Below are positions 40,945-53,289 of a stretch of 64,000 nucleotides of DNA, one piece after another. The stretch's first letter is position 1, and every line of letters begins with the position of its first letter. The stretch is from assembly GCF_006345805.1 (NCBI RefSeq), contig NC_042998.1, positions 82,336,001-82,400,000 of the forward strand, written 5' to 3'. The stretch comes from Octopus sinensis (lineage: Eukaryota). A model generated the notes under the pieces. It had not been told where the DNA came from and ran no database searches. It saw only the letters and a program-made list of their open reading frames with translations. Position numbers and translations under genes: made by a program.

Positions 40945-42511
40945 GCCGAGTAGTAGAAGAGAGATGAGTTGAGTAGAAGTCATCCGAACGTACGACATAA
41001 CTGTATGTATGTATAAATCTATGTATGTGACATATAAATCATTACGTTATGCTTCTGCGTTTCTCTTAGTCGCCAATAACATTAATATGTACAAACTATA
41101 CGGAAATGTTTGAATCGATATAGAGTATGATCAGTTATGCCACAATTAAGAAATTATATTAAGACGGCCTAAGTATTTGCAATAATATAAAATTTAATAT
41201 CTATTTTAATTACTATTCTGAGTATATTATTAAAGTTAATAAAACCAAATTACGAAATAGTAACTCACTGATGAAAACTTATTCGATATCCTACCTATGT
41301 CACAAAATCGTTAATACGCGTCAAGGAATATTTTAGTAATAATCTGACTGAATACTGATTCGATTATGCTTTATTTCCCTCGAATTATACTCGTAAACAT
41401 AACTTCTATTTCCGTGACAAACACTAATATCAGGAGTAACAAAACAGATATCATAAAATCCTCTTTATCCGAACTTAATAAGAATTTCCTGCTGATAATC
41501 TCATGTGAAATATTTAATGGTGATATATGAAAAGTCGTTAATGTCGATGTTATAGTAGCGATCTGTTATGGTTTTAATAGCCGTTTTTATCGGTTAATTT
41601 AATGATAATTTTTATTGCCTTTTACACGTATACATTATACCATATTTTCAATCCATTTGCCATTTCCTCATAAATAATATTTTTTATTATCAGCTTAGTA
41701 ATTTAATTAAAACCACATTATCTATCACGCAATGGAACTGAACTGGTGATTATAATTCTCGTAGTAACATTCTTAATGTTTCTGCAAAGCGCATCTTACT
41801 TTTAAACCTTCATTGTATCCTCTCTAACTACTTAAGACATAAAGATATAAAAATATCCAGCTATAAATAACACTTAAATATTCTGTTTTAAGGGAAGCTA
41901 AATCCCATGAATCATACAAATATGATAGGGTTTTACATATCTAATATAGTGAAGAGAAAATATTCAGCCAGAGATTATCGAGTGGAATAATAGTCAAAAT
42001 TTCCCTGTAAGTTGGCTTCAAATCTAAAAACAGCATGCAAATATGATGACTCCAATACAAATACTTTCCTTGAATTCTGGAAAATGCAGTACAGTTGTGT
42101 AGTTTGCTTTTACCCTAACTTCTAAAAGTGAAGGACATATTTCCGACGTATTACAAAACATTAGTGAAATACATTGTATCCAAATTTCAAAACAAAATTC
42201 TATTATTGTGGAAAGTAAATGGAATGTAATGAGGTTAGTTTTCAACGCAAAAGCTTATTTTCTATGCAAAGAATACCCTAGGCGAGAGTTCTGCGTGTTA
42301 AATATGGATAAAGTGCGGTCATACGTACTTAATAGCAGTAGGTTTGAAACTGAAAACAAGAGAGTGTAACACCCATTAAATGACCTAATCTAATATATAA
42401 AGAACTCAGCTATAGAGTATAGCTAATATTTAAGTGCACGGCTAAAGGGAAAACTTTCACGATTATATGACAACATCATCAGAACATACTCACAAAAATA
42501 GTTGGTCAAAG

Positions 42512-42564
42512 CTTTATCACGTGATATCGAAATTCAACCAGTAGGTCTTGTTTCTCGTCAGAAG
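42512..42564 (-). ncRNA. Type I hammerhead ribozyme motif with core A14 mutated (GATA)
   Basis: Minus strand: CTT CTGACGA GAAAC...ATTTC GATA TCACGTGAT A AAG; perfect palindromic stem III ATCACGTGAT (42516-42525). Confidence 0.6.
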
Positions 42565-42780
42565 TATGCACCTAGTGTTCAGGGTTAATGAGATAGCTCG
42601 CCTTCATGAGAAGAAAAAACCGTTCATAGGCAAGCGCCAAACTTCAAACAGTTAAAGTGTACATTATCAATGCAACAAGATACTACAATGATATATTAAT
42701 ATATTAAGATATATTAAACACATTATACTGTATGTTGCTCGCTAGCAATTAAAAACCAAAAAGGAATTGTGTAGTTGTTG

Positions 42781-42841
42781 GATGTCTCTGACGAGAAATA
42801 AGACAATAGTGATTAGATTTCGAAATTACTTGATAAGGATC
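42781..42841 (+). ncRNA. Type I hammerhead ribozyme motif with intact catalytic core
   Basis: TCT CTGACGA (42788-42794) GAAAT...ATTTC GAAA (42822-42825) TTACTTGAT A (42835) AGG. Homologous to the inverted copy at 42512-42564. Confidence 0.6.
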
Positions 42842-43030
42842 TGTCCAACTATTTCTTTTTGTGAGTTTTTTTCTCGCAAGAGGAAGATCGGTTAGCTTAG
42901 TGTACCTGCTTCCCCTAAATATAATGAGATCAGCGTTTTTTGTGATCTTCAGAGTTAAATTTTGATACATTTTTAGCAATTGCCGGTGCATTTTTGCACC
43001 CTTCAGTTATATACAAACCATATATATAAT

Positions 43031-43062
<32 letters not shown>

Positions 43063-43226
43063 GTTTTCTCTCTCTGTTTATTTCTATATTCCTTTCTGTT
43101 GAAGAGCGTGTAGGCTCGAAACATAAAAGACTTTCTCACTTCACGAGCGTTAAACTAATACATCTGTTTGTTGTTCACACACCCGTCTTCGTCTTTTGTT
43201 TTGTTTGTTTCTTTTTTGCAAATTGT

Positions 43227-43269
<43 letters not shown>

Positions 43270-44193
43270 GAGAGAGAGAGAGAAAGAGAGATTAAAAAAG
43301 ACAAAGAGAAAGATAAGTAGATAGATATATACATGCACATATGCATACACACCGACACCGACACACACACACTCACACAATCACATACATATATATGTAT
43401 GTGTGCGGAGATTTGTAGCTTCTGAGTGGATTCAACTTAGTTTATTGAGTATGAGAAGTCCTATTATATATTATACAAGAGGGCCCTCTAGTGGTGTGCG
43501 ACTTCGGTTTTGTCGGACACGAAAGTGAAATATTTGGTGAGATACGAAATAGGAATATGTTCAGGGCAGAGTAATTGTAGTTCTTCACTTTTTTTTTATC
43601 TATGCCGTTTTTGTCTTTTCCTCTGTCGTTAGGTCGACAAACTATATTATTTTTTAATAACTGTTACGATTTAAACAAACTACCCACCTTCTTTAAGTTG
43701 TTACTCTTTGACGCAGAGACACTCATCAAGAAAACCTTAAAATTTAAACTGTACGTGAAGTTCAAATGAAATGATAATTTTTTGTGAAACTAGTTAGCAC
43801 TTTTATACACTGTAGGGACGTTTCTCCATGGATAACATGCAACACAATATTGGGCCCATTAGCAATTCTTTATTTACAATTTCCATCATATTTTACGCAG
43901 CATATGTATGAATATGCTGTCATTTCCGATAATTTTTTTACTTCTGTGAAATGAAAATCAAGCCTTTCAAAATAAAAAAAAAAAACTATACATATGTTTG
44001 AAAGAGAAAATTGAAGAAGAAAAGGGAAAGATAAATGACACCGTAGGATTGCTCATGTCGAAAATTTCCAAATGATATAATGAGGTGAATATAAATGATA
44101 AACCACTTTATCGGTAGGAAGGAATATTTTGTGCGAAGATATAGGTGCGCTCAGTCACGCAAACACAAAAACACACGCACTTCTGTATGTATG

Positions 44194-44228
<35 letters not shown>

Positions 44229-44299
44229 ATATATATGTGTGTGTGTGTGTTTGTGTGAGTGTCTGTGTATGTGTGTGTATTATATATGTATATGTGTGT

Positions 44300-44522
44300 G
44301 TGTATATGTTTGTGTGTCTGTGTTTGCCTCCCCAACATCGCTTGACAACCGATGGTGGTGTGTCCACGTCCCCGTAACTTAGATGTTCGAAAAAAGGGAC
44401 CGACAGAATAAGTACTAGGCTTACAAATAATAAATCCTGGGATCGATTTGCTCGACTAAAGGCGGTGCTGCAGCATGGCCAAAGTCACATGACTGAAACA
44501 AGTAAAAGAATAAAAGAGTATA
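44300..44522 (+). mobile_element. CORE-like SINE, 3' half
   Basis: GCTTGACAACCGATGGTGGTGTG...GGCGGTGCTGCAGCATGGCCAAAGTCACATGACTGAAACAAGTAAAAGAATAAAAGAG. Confidence 0.85.
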
Positions 44523-44614
44523 TGTATGTATGTATGTAAGTATGTATGCATGTATGTATGTATGTACGTATGTATATCTATCTATCTATATATATATCTA
44601 TATATTTATATATC

Positions 44615-44649
<35 letters not shown>

Positions 44650-44777
44650 CACTTATCACGTGACCGACCAGTCCAACAGATGTAGTTACACATCGCTGGT
44701 CACAATGCGTTCGCATTGTTTTAGCCTTCGAATGACGCCACCCCGCTGGCTAAGCGAGCAGGCCAATATATATATAT

Positions 44778-44824
<47 letters not shown>

Positions 44825-44842
44825 GATATATATATATATGTG

Positions 44843-44877
<35 letters not shown>

Positions 44878-44888
44878 TATATATATAT

Positions 44889-44956
<68 letters not shown>

Positions 44957-45409
44957 ATATATATACAGAGAGAGATAGAGAGAGAGGCTTTTTTAAAATT
45001 ATGATTAAGGAAAATTTTTTAGAGTGTAGAATGGAATTAACTGTTCAGAAGGAATTTCACAAATTGTTTGTACGCTTTAATAAATGTGCAAGCGCTTTCA
45101 GTTCTCAGCGTTATCAAGCATGTGTTATGGCTACTGCATATAGCGGAAGTTGTTTTAGGTAAAATTGTAGATTAGTTCCCGTTTAGTTTCGGATTCAAAA
45201 ACCTTATAAAATATTCATCTTTTGCCTGTCGAAGTAGGTTGTTTTTGTCATTTATTTTATAAAAGAGGGAACTTTGTGAATTTTCCTTATGCACAGGTGT
45301 CTAAGTGGTTGCTGCATGGTATGCATCTAAAGCGAGGATGATTTATTTGCTGTCTATGCACATTTACAGGGTTGGTTTATATATATATATATATAATATA
45401 TATAATATA

Positions 45410-45478
<69 letters not shown>

Positions 45479-45517
45479 TATGTATATATATATATTATAA
45501 TATATATATATATTATA

Positions 45518-45603
<86 letters not shown>

Positions 45604-45604
45604 G

Positions 45605-45644
45605 AATAAACATCTTTTAAAATTGCATTTTCAAACCTTCTTTC

Positions 45645-45688
<44 letters not shown>

Positions 45689-45728
45689 GAAAGAAGGTTT
45701 GAAAATGCAATTTTAAAAGATGTTTATT
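45605..45728. repeat. Perfect 124-bp palindrome centred on (TA)21
   Basis: The 41-bp arms 45605-45645 and 45688-45728 are exact reverse complements; the (TA)21 centre is self-complementary. Confidence 0.95.
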
Positions 45729-46129
45729 TACTTTACCGGTTTCACTCTTTGGAAAAAGATTGTCAAAAGTAACATGTAGTAGTTTGCTTGCCTTAATTAT
45801 TGGTTGTTACAAAATGCTACATTACATATATACAGTCTTTGGTAACAAGGACATGTTAAGGACAAAAGAGTTTAACAAGTTCCTTAAAATATTGGGCACA
45901 AAAGATTACAACATAAATATACATTCTCAAGAACATGTTAAAGATAGTTTCCAGAAGGAATTATTAAAAAGTTCAGTGGGATATTGGTATTGTATCTGTA
46001 TATTCAAGCACACACAGAATATTGGTTGACACAGAGTATTATAATACATATATATACATTCTTTGGTGACAAGAGCATGTTTAGAACACAAAAAAGTTTA
46101 ACAAGTTCATGTATCATAACACATCATTT

Positions 46130-46183
<54 letters not shown>

Positions 46184-47398
46184 ATATATATATATATATA
46201 TATAGTATTGGATTGCTTATGTTCAGTCCACAGCAAGACTAAGGCCTCAGTATGTTTTCACCAACAAACACAGTCTAATATGGTGGAATTTGGACTCAGA
46301 ACGTAAGAATGGATGAAATACCGCTAAGCGTGTGTGTGTGTATGTGCGTGTGCGTGTTTGTATGTGTGTGTGCGCACGCCCGCGAGCGCGTTTACTCGCA
46401 AACGTGCATTTTTGTTAATTAAAAGTGTATTTGATTGCTCGCGTAACTAATTAGACGTTACTGAAAATTTTGCATCTGTAACTTACTAATGAAACAATCA
46501 TAATTACTCTTCCCCTGACATTATTCTAATTAACAACAGTTGTACAACATTATTTGCTAATTAAGCTATGTAATCACTGTAATAGTATATTAATGGGATG
46601 TTGAAAATAGTAATATATATAACACCGATTCGAACCCTTTCCATACGGAATATATATTTATCACAGGAATATCTTCCTTGTACGGATCGTTCTCGTGACC
46701 AGTTAACCTTTTTTTCCACGGCCTTAAAATGCTCAAACTTTTGAATTCCGTTCCAGATCCCGTTTCTTGTCTAAACATTGAAATAATTATTAGCGTTACT
46801 TCACACACCACGTCCCTTTGCACATTCCAAAGACATTCTATTTATACGATTATCACTTTGTACTATTTATTATCTTTTGTTACTGCCCTTGCATGTTTTT
46901 TATTTTATTTGTTACTTTCCGTTCTTCTCATATCTCTTTATTGCTACACTTCGACCTAGTGACCGCGTGTTTTATTATCATTGTACTTGTAATATTTTGC
47001 CTGTTCTTGTTCGCCTATCATTCCGTTTTGTTATAAATCAGCAATTTAAGCTGCTGACACCAACAAATTAAATCATTTTATCGGACTATATCGAAATCGG
47101 GACGATATTTGGTCGAGAACTCATGAAGGATGAATCATAACTACGTTTATTATGTGTATCGTTTTCCTGTTCCGTAAATTGCCTTGTGAATCGCATATGC
47201 CGCATATTTATTAAAATGATATACTTCTTTAACTATTGATATTTTACTTTGAAAAATCTTAAGTACATCCAATTGTCTGTAATTCTGTCTTTGTAAATCA
47301 GCGGAGTGTCAATACTTGAAAGTGTATAACGCTATTTATATATGCTCAGCCATATTTTACATCACTGAATCGCTTATTTTTCTCCTTGATTTGTCTAG

Positions 47399-47430
<32 letters not shown>

Positions 47431-48047
47431 TACATATACACGTGTATTTCAGTACTAAGTCGTTACCAAAATACAACAGAAACTATTTGTCTCAAGCTTC
47501 CTAAACATTATGCCCTCGATTTTAAATCCCATGTTTAAATGATATATATTAGATATTATCTGACATTATACATATTCCGCTGATACTTTAAAATGAAAAT
47601 TAATAATAAATTCCAGTGAATGCATAATACTTTTAGTCACTTAGTATTGAAAATGCAATGTGTGAAAAAAGGTATTAAGAAAATTGCTACAACTGTAAAC
47701 TATTTCAACTTGTTTTCTGTTATATGAATAAGATAACAAATGAATTACTATAAATGCATATGCACAACATTGTGTACTATTTTCTCTTGCTTTTTATTTC
47801 AATGCAAATGTTTCCAAGCAAAAACCTTGAAATAGTTATCAATGTTTGTCTTTGCATGGAGACACTAAATGACGAATGCAATGCGCAGCAAGGTAGCAGA
47901 CATTACCTGGAAGTAAATATTGCAAAGTAAAATTTACCCTCAGTAAAATACACACAAACTCACATACATAGATACTTACATACATACTTACATACATACT
48001 TACATACATACATACTTACATACAAACATACTTACATACATACATAC

Positions 48048-48078
<31 letters not shown>

Positions 48079-48942
48079 CATACATACATACATACATACG
48101 GATTGTCTTAATGAACGCAGTAGTATAATTTTTACCTGTAAACCTTGGTCACTAAATCTATTATCAAAATACAAATAACAACTTCTCCCGCCCCCCCCCC
48201 AACCTTCATAAGTTTTCTTCTTATCTACCCTCACTAACGCTATATATTAACCAATAGTATATCTTCCCTTTAATTCCTTATTGTCATTTATATGCTTATC
48301 TTAATTTTTCCTTACCTTCTAAAAAAAAATATTTTTCTCTTATTTCACCCATCTCCCCCCTCATACCCCTCCCTTTGTAAACATACCAGTACAAACGCCA
48401 ACATAGTATCTACTACTTCATACTGTAAACACACTAGCAGCACACAATATACATTCCGCCACGATTCCTCTCCATTCTTTTTTGCTTTATTCATGCATAA
48501 ATAGTTTTTCTCCCCCTTAATCAAAAACATTTCCCCACCCTCATCCATCCATATTATCTTTTATTCAAATACCACTCTCCTTGCTAATTTCTGTGATTCA
48601 GTTATAATTGCCCCATTGAATACTACCGGTCAAATGACCGTGCTTAAATACTTCGTTCTTTTCACTACTTTATATTTTCTTCTTGTTTCCTTCTTTTAAT
48701 ACTTATTCACCTCTACATTAACATTCTACTCTCCTAATGTGATTTCAACACATTATAACTGAAACTTCCTTGCGTTAACATGTACCTCCATACGGTAATG
48801 TAAACTTTCATTTAATCAAGATACCCTTGGCCTGAAGAGTAGCCTGTAGTATAAACCTCGCCTGGATATTTACCACTCTGGAAGTTCCGCTTGCTATGAA
48901 ACATATGTAGTCGGACCTTAACGGTCCATTCCGTAACTCTTG

Positions 48943-49073
<131 letters not shown>

Positions 49074-49209
49074 ATATAAGAATAATAGATCCAGGCATGT
49101 ATACTTCAACCCCTGTAATATAATCCAAATTCTGGCTGACTGCATCGAATGGTAGAGAATAAGCAGTTCTAATGTATTTCATCCGATCTACACACACACA
49201 CACACACAC

Positions 49210-49252
<43 letters not shown>

Positions 49253-49346
49253 TATCTTTATAAATATACGTACATATACAAATATGCGTATAAAAGCATA
49301 CACGTATATATAAGTACATATATGAGTGTATGTGTATGTATATGTA

Positions 49347-49555
49347 CAGGGTGCGGTGAATATATGCGTCTAAATTACGCAAAAATGAAAATAATACTAA
49401 TGTCGCTTTTTAACAGATATATTTACCAAAATTTCAGAAAAATATCTTGAAATACTAAAGAGTAACTTTATTCAATAAAATCGCCATTGGCTTCAACCAC
49501 GGTCGCCAGACGACTTCGGAATCTCTTGCATCTCTTCTGGACAGTATCCATATTT
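49347..49555 (-). mobile_element. maT/Tc1-like transposon right end (same family as 63192-63969)
   Basis: TA-CAGGGTGC terminus; ACTTTATTCAATAAAATCGCCATTGGCTTCAACCACGG is the imperfect reverse complement of the transposase end at about 63817-63857. Confidence 0.8.
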
Positions 49556-49689
49556 AAGTTGGGGAATTCTGCCATAATCCTTGCCTTCGGTTCATCTTTA
49601 GTTTGTTGGTCTCTCGCTCAACTGCACCCCACACATAATAATCAAGGGCGTTGCAGTGAAAGGAGCTAGGAGGCCAGATGTTAGGGGTG

Positions 49690-50345
49690 ATGTGGTTATC
49701 AGTGAACGTGAAGCAGGAGCTACTGGCTTCATATACCCATATTTATACTTGTGTAGCAAGATTGCTACTATTCCATAGACCGAAGCATCAGACGCTACAG
49801 CAATGTCCCTTCTAGGATTGAAATGCGTTAGTGACAAGTCAGAAATTAGCAATTTCTTTATGTTTTCAAATGCGTTTTGGCACTTTACTGACCAATGGAA
49901 TTTTACTTCTGTTTTTTTTTAATAAACCGTTTAATGGTGCTCTCAGTTTATGTGTATTTGGAATGTACTGTTGATAGTAATTTACTAGGCCAAGGAAAGC
50001 TTGTAATGTCGGTATATTCATTGGAGGAGAAATATTCTTGATTGCGTCTGCCCTCGATGGGTCAGGACGTCTTCCATTCCTGTCAATTATATGACCAAGG
50101 TATTTGAGTTTAGGCAAAGAAAATTCACACTTCTCTTCAATACGCATGAAACCATAATTAAAAATGTTTTTAAGACACACCGCACGTGTTCGATATGCTC
50201 ATTCCGCAATTCGCTTTTGATTAACACGTCGTCAAGTTAAGGAATTGTTAGATTGCTAACATCGCGTCCATCACATGTGGAAATTTTGCAGGTGCTTCTT
50301 TCAGTCCAAAAGGTTGTCTATTGTATGTATATAAACCTCTGTGCG
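49690..50345 (-). mobile_element. Gypsy/Ty3 LTR retrotransposon RT-RNase H remnant, no LTRs seen
   Basis: GLYTYNRQPFGLKEAPAKF; KCEFSLPKLKYLGHII...RPDP...LQAFLGLVNYY...APLNGLLKK; LTHFNP...VASDASVYGIVAILLH. Confidence 0.9.
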
Positions 50346-50419
50346 TGTTGACCGCAGTTAAACACTGGAAGGTCCCAAGTTAAATAGTGAAAGGTCCCAA
50401 GACTTACAATATCAGCAGA

Positions 50420-51490
50420 CAAAGTAAAATACAATGCTAACGAACTACACTGGAAGATTTGCAGTTCCAGACTGATAATCAGTGTAAAACATGGCAATTG
50501 ATATGACTCCTGATATATTCTCCTATGTTCATATTAGTAAGTTAGCAATGAGATGCAGGCGGCTGACCTAATAGATTCTTGGTACTTTCAGAAGAATGCA
50601 GCAGGAAGAAAATGATGGTCCTCTGGAGGACATATTTCCAAATCTCTCTTGACTATGGGTCCCAGTTTAAAGACACAACAGTGTAAAATTAATAACACGA
50701 CTCGAAGCAGTCCATAAAAGCTACACAAAAAAGACAAACTCAATGCAGCGAATTAGTTTCTGTAAAAGACTCAAAAGGCTCAGTCTTTACTCCCTTGAAT
50801 GATGGCAGGAAAAATATACTGTAATACACATCTGAAAGATGCAGGAAGGACTTGTCCCAAACGCTGGTGCTGTAAGTTATTCTTTTCTACACTACGTACA
50901 AGGCCCGAAATTTTGGGGTAGGGAGCCAGTCGATTAGATCGACCCCAGTGCGCAACTAGTACTTAATTTATCGACCCCGAAAGGATAAAAAGCAAAGTCG
51001 ACCTCAGCGGAATTTGAAGACAGAAGGTAAAGACAGACGAAATACTGCTAAGCATTTCACGCAACGTGATAACGTTTCTGCCAGCTCGCCGCCTTGCATT
51101 GAAAGTTACATTCACACCAGAACAGGATGCCATCCTATAATGCCTAAATTCTTACACTTGCCGTTAATATATAGGACTAAATACTGCAATAGCTTTGGAT
51201 TTAAGAGCGCACAGCTCTTCAGTATCTTCTCAAAAATACAGAGACACCTTCATGAGGTGGATGCAGTCGTCTTCAAAACTAAACTTGGTCTCCTACTGTC
51301 AAGTGTTACAGATAAGCCTATTTCAACGCAGGAAGCAGGTATTAGGGCTGCATCATCAATTCCCTCATTCACCAAACGCCAAATATTAATGTCGATTAAT
51401 GAAAGTGTAGCAAAACCGGCTGGTGGTGCCTCAGCATGGCCACGGCCCGCGAGCTGGAAATGTTAAATGAGTAAAAAGTAAAGGAGCATA
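50420..51490 (+). mobile_element. CR1-type LINE 3' remnant interrupted by a SINE
   Basis: RLKRLSLYSLE...KMQEGLVPN before the SINE; RTKYCNSFGFK...VFKTKLGLLLSSVTDKP after it; tail at 51422-51487. Confidence 0.75.
50878..51095 (-). mobile_element. Meta/MESC-like SINE, monomeric
   Basis: Minus strand AGGCGGCGAGCTGGCAGAAACG...GTCGACTTTGCTTTTTATCCTTTCGGGGTCGATAAATTAAGTACTAG...AGAAAAGAAT. The domain name is from memory of MetaSINE/MESC consensus. Confidence 0.85.
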
Positions 51491-51769
51491 ATTTAGTTTG
51501 TGTATCATGTGTGATGTGTGCGTATAAATGTACATATGCGTGTGTGTGTGCGTATGCGTGTGTGTATGCGTACACGTGTGTGTTTGCGTGTGTGTGCAGC
51601 TGTATATGTGTATTGGACAACAAATAGTAGGAATTTTATATTTAAATTTCCTTCAGTTTATTCGGAGACTTTCTTACTAGATACATATATATAATAATAT
51701 TAACGGCGATTCCGATATCGACTGTACATTTCAGGTTACTTTCCTTTGCAATAATTTGGCTACCTTGCA

Positions 51770-52517
51770 ATTCTTTTCCACTTTAGGCACAATGCCCAAC
51801 ATTTTGGTGGAGGGTGCCAGTCGATTAGATCGACACCAGTACGCAACTGATAGTTAATTTATCGACCCCGAGAGAATAAATTTCAAAGTCGACCACGGCG
51901 GAATTTCATCTCAGAACGTTGAGACAGACGAAATACCTATTTCTTTACTACCCACAAGGGGCTAAACACAGAGAGGATAAACAAGGACAGACAAACGGAT
52001 TAAGTCGATTATATCGGCCCCAGTGCGTAACTGGTATCATAGCGGCCGACGAAATACCGCTAAGAATTTCGCCCAGTGTACTAACGTTTCTATCAGCTCG
52101 CCGCCTTGGAAAAATTAAATATTCTTTTCTACTCTAGTCACAAGGCCCGAAATTTTGGGGGAGGGGCAGTCGATTAGATCAACACTGATACGCAACTGGT
52201 ACTTAATTTATCGACCCTGACCTGATGAAAAGCAAAGTCGACCTCGACGGAATTTGAACTCAGAATCTAAACACAGACGAAATACCTATTTCTTTACTAG
52301 CCACAAGGGGCTAAACACAGAGGAGACAAGCAAGAACAGACAAACGGATTAAGTCGATTACATCGACCCGTGTGCGTAACTGGTACTTAATTTATTGACC
52401 CCGAAAGGATGAAAGGCAAAGTCGACCTCGGCGGAATTTGAACTCAGAACGTAACGGCAGACGAAATACCGCTAAGCATTTCGCCCGGCGTGCTAACGTT
52501 TCTGCCAGCTCTCTGCC
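51770..52517 (-). mobile_element. Two tandem dimeric Meta-like SINE units flanked by one 14-bp TSD
   Basis: TTGGCTACCTTGCA at 51756-51769 and 52518-52531. Units at about 52112-52517 and 51770-52107, the latter internally deleted. Confidence 0.85.
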
Positions 52518-53289
52518 TTGGCTACCTTGCAGTTATGCAACTTATTTAGTCACCAGAAGACTACAAAGATGAAACGATTTGTAATTTTAGGCATCAGTAT
52601 CCGTTACGACAAATACTCTTGATATCTTCAATGTTTACAATATGTATCGTATAATCTTTTATAAAGACTTTCCAACATCTGAAATCTTAAATAACCTTTA
52701 ATGCATTTCACAGATCAGCTCTGATCTATGCATTGACTTGTGGTTATAAATTTACATCTATATGCTATAACCTGTGCACTTTCAATAAGAATGTCCATTA
52801 TTAATGAACACTTTGACGAAGAGAAAGAATCGATTATGAATAGTCATCATAATTTTTCACACAATAGATATTTTGGCTTCAACATCTGTAACAATAAAGG
52901 TTGATGACTTAATGCATCTTATTTCTGCATTTTCATGTTAATATCGATAGTTAACCCGTGTTTTAATATTGTACTGCATTTCTAATCGTTCAACAGATAT
53001 ATTCTACTCACTGCATTATATTTGAATAGCTAGATTGAACACTTAATATCATTATTTAATATGCTTAATAAATGTGCGTTTCTGGGAACAATAACAATAT
53101 ACATTTGCACAAATGTCGATTTATATATTCATACATACACACATACATGCATACATACATATATATATATATAGAAGAATAAGTGACATTATAGAAGGAA
53201 CATACGTGTACGTATGTAAGTACGTATATGTATATATGTCTGTGTGTGCGGGTGTGTATGTGTATGTGTATGTGTATGCATTTAAACCG

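Noticed and set aside
51770-52517. CRISPR-like repeat array
   Set aside because: The repeats are SINE domains of over 100 bp in a eukaryotic context, with no spacers or cas genes.
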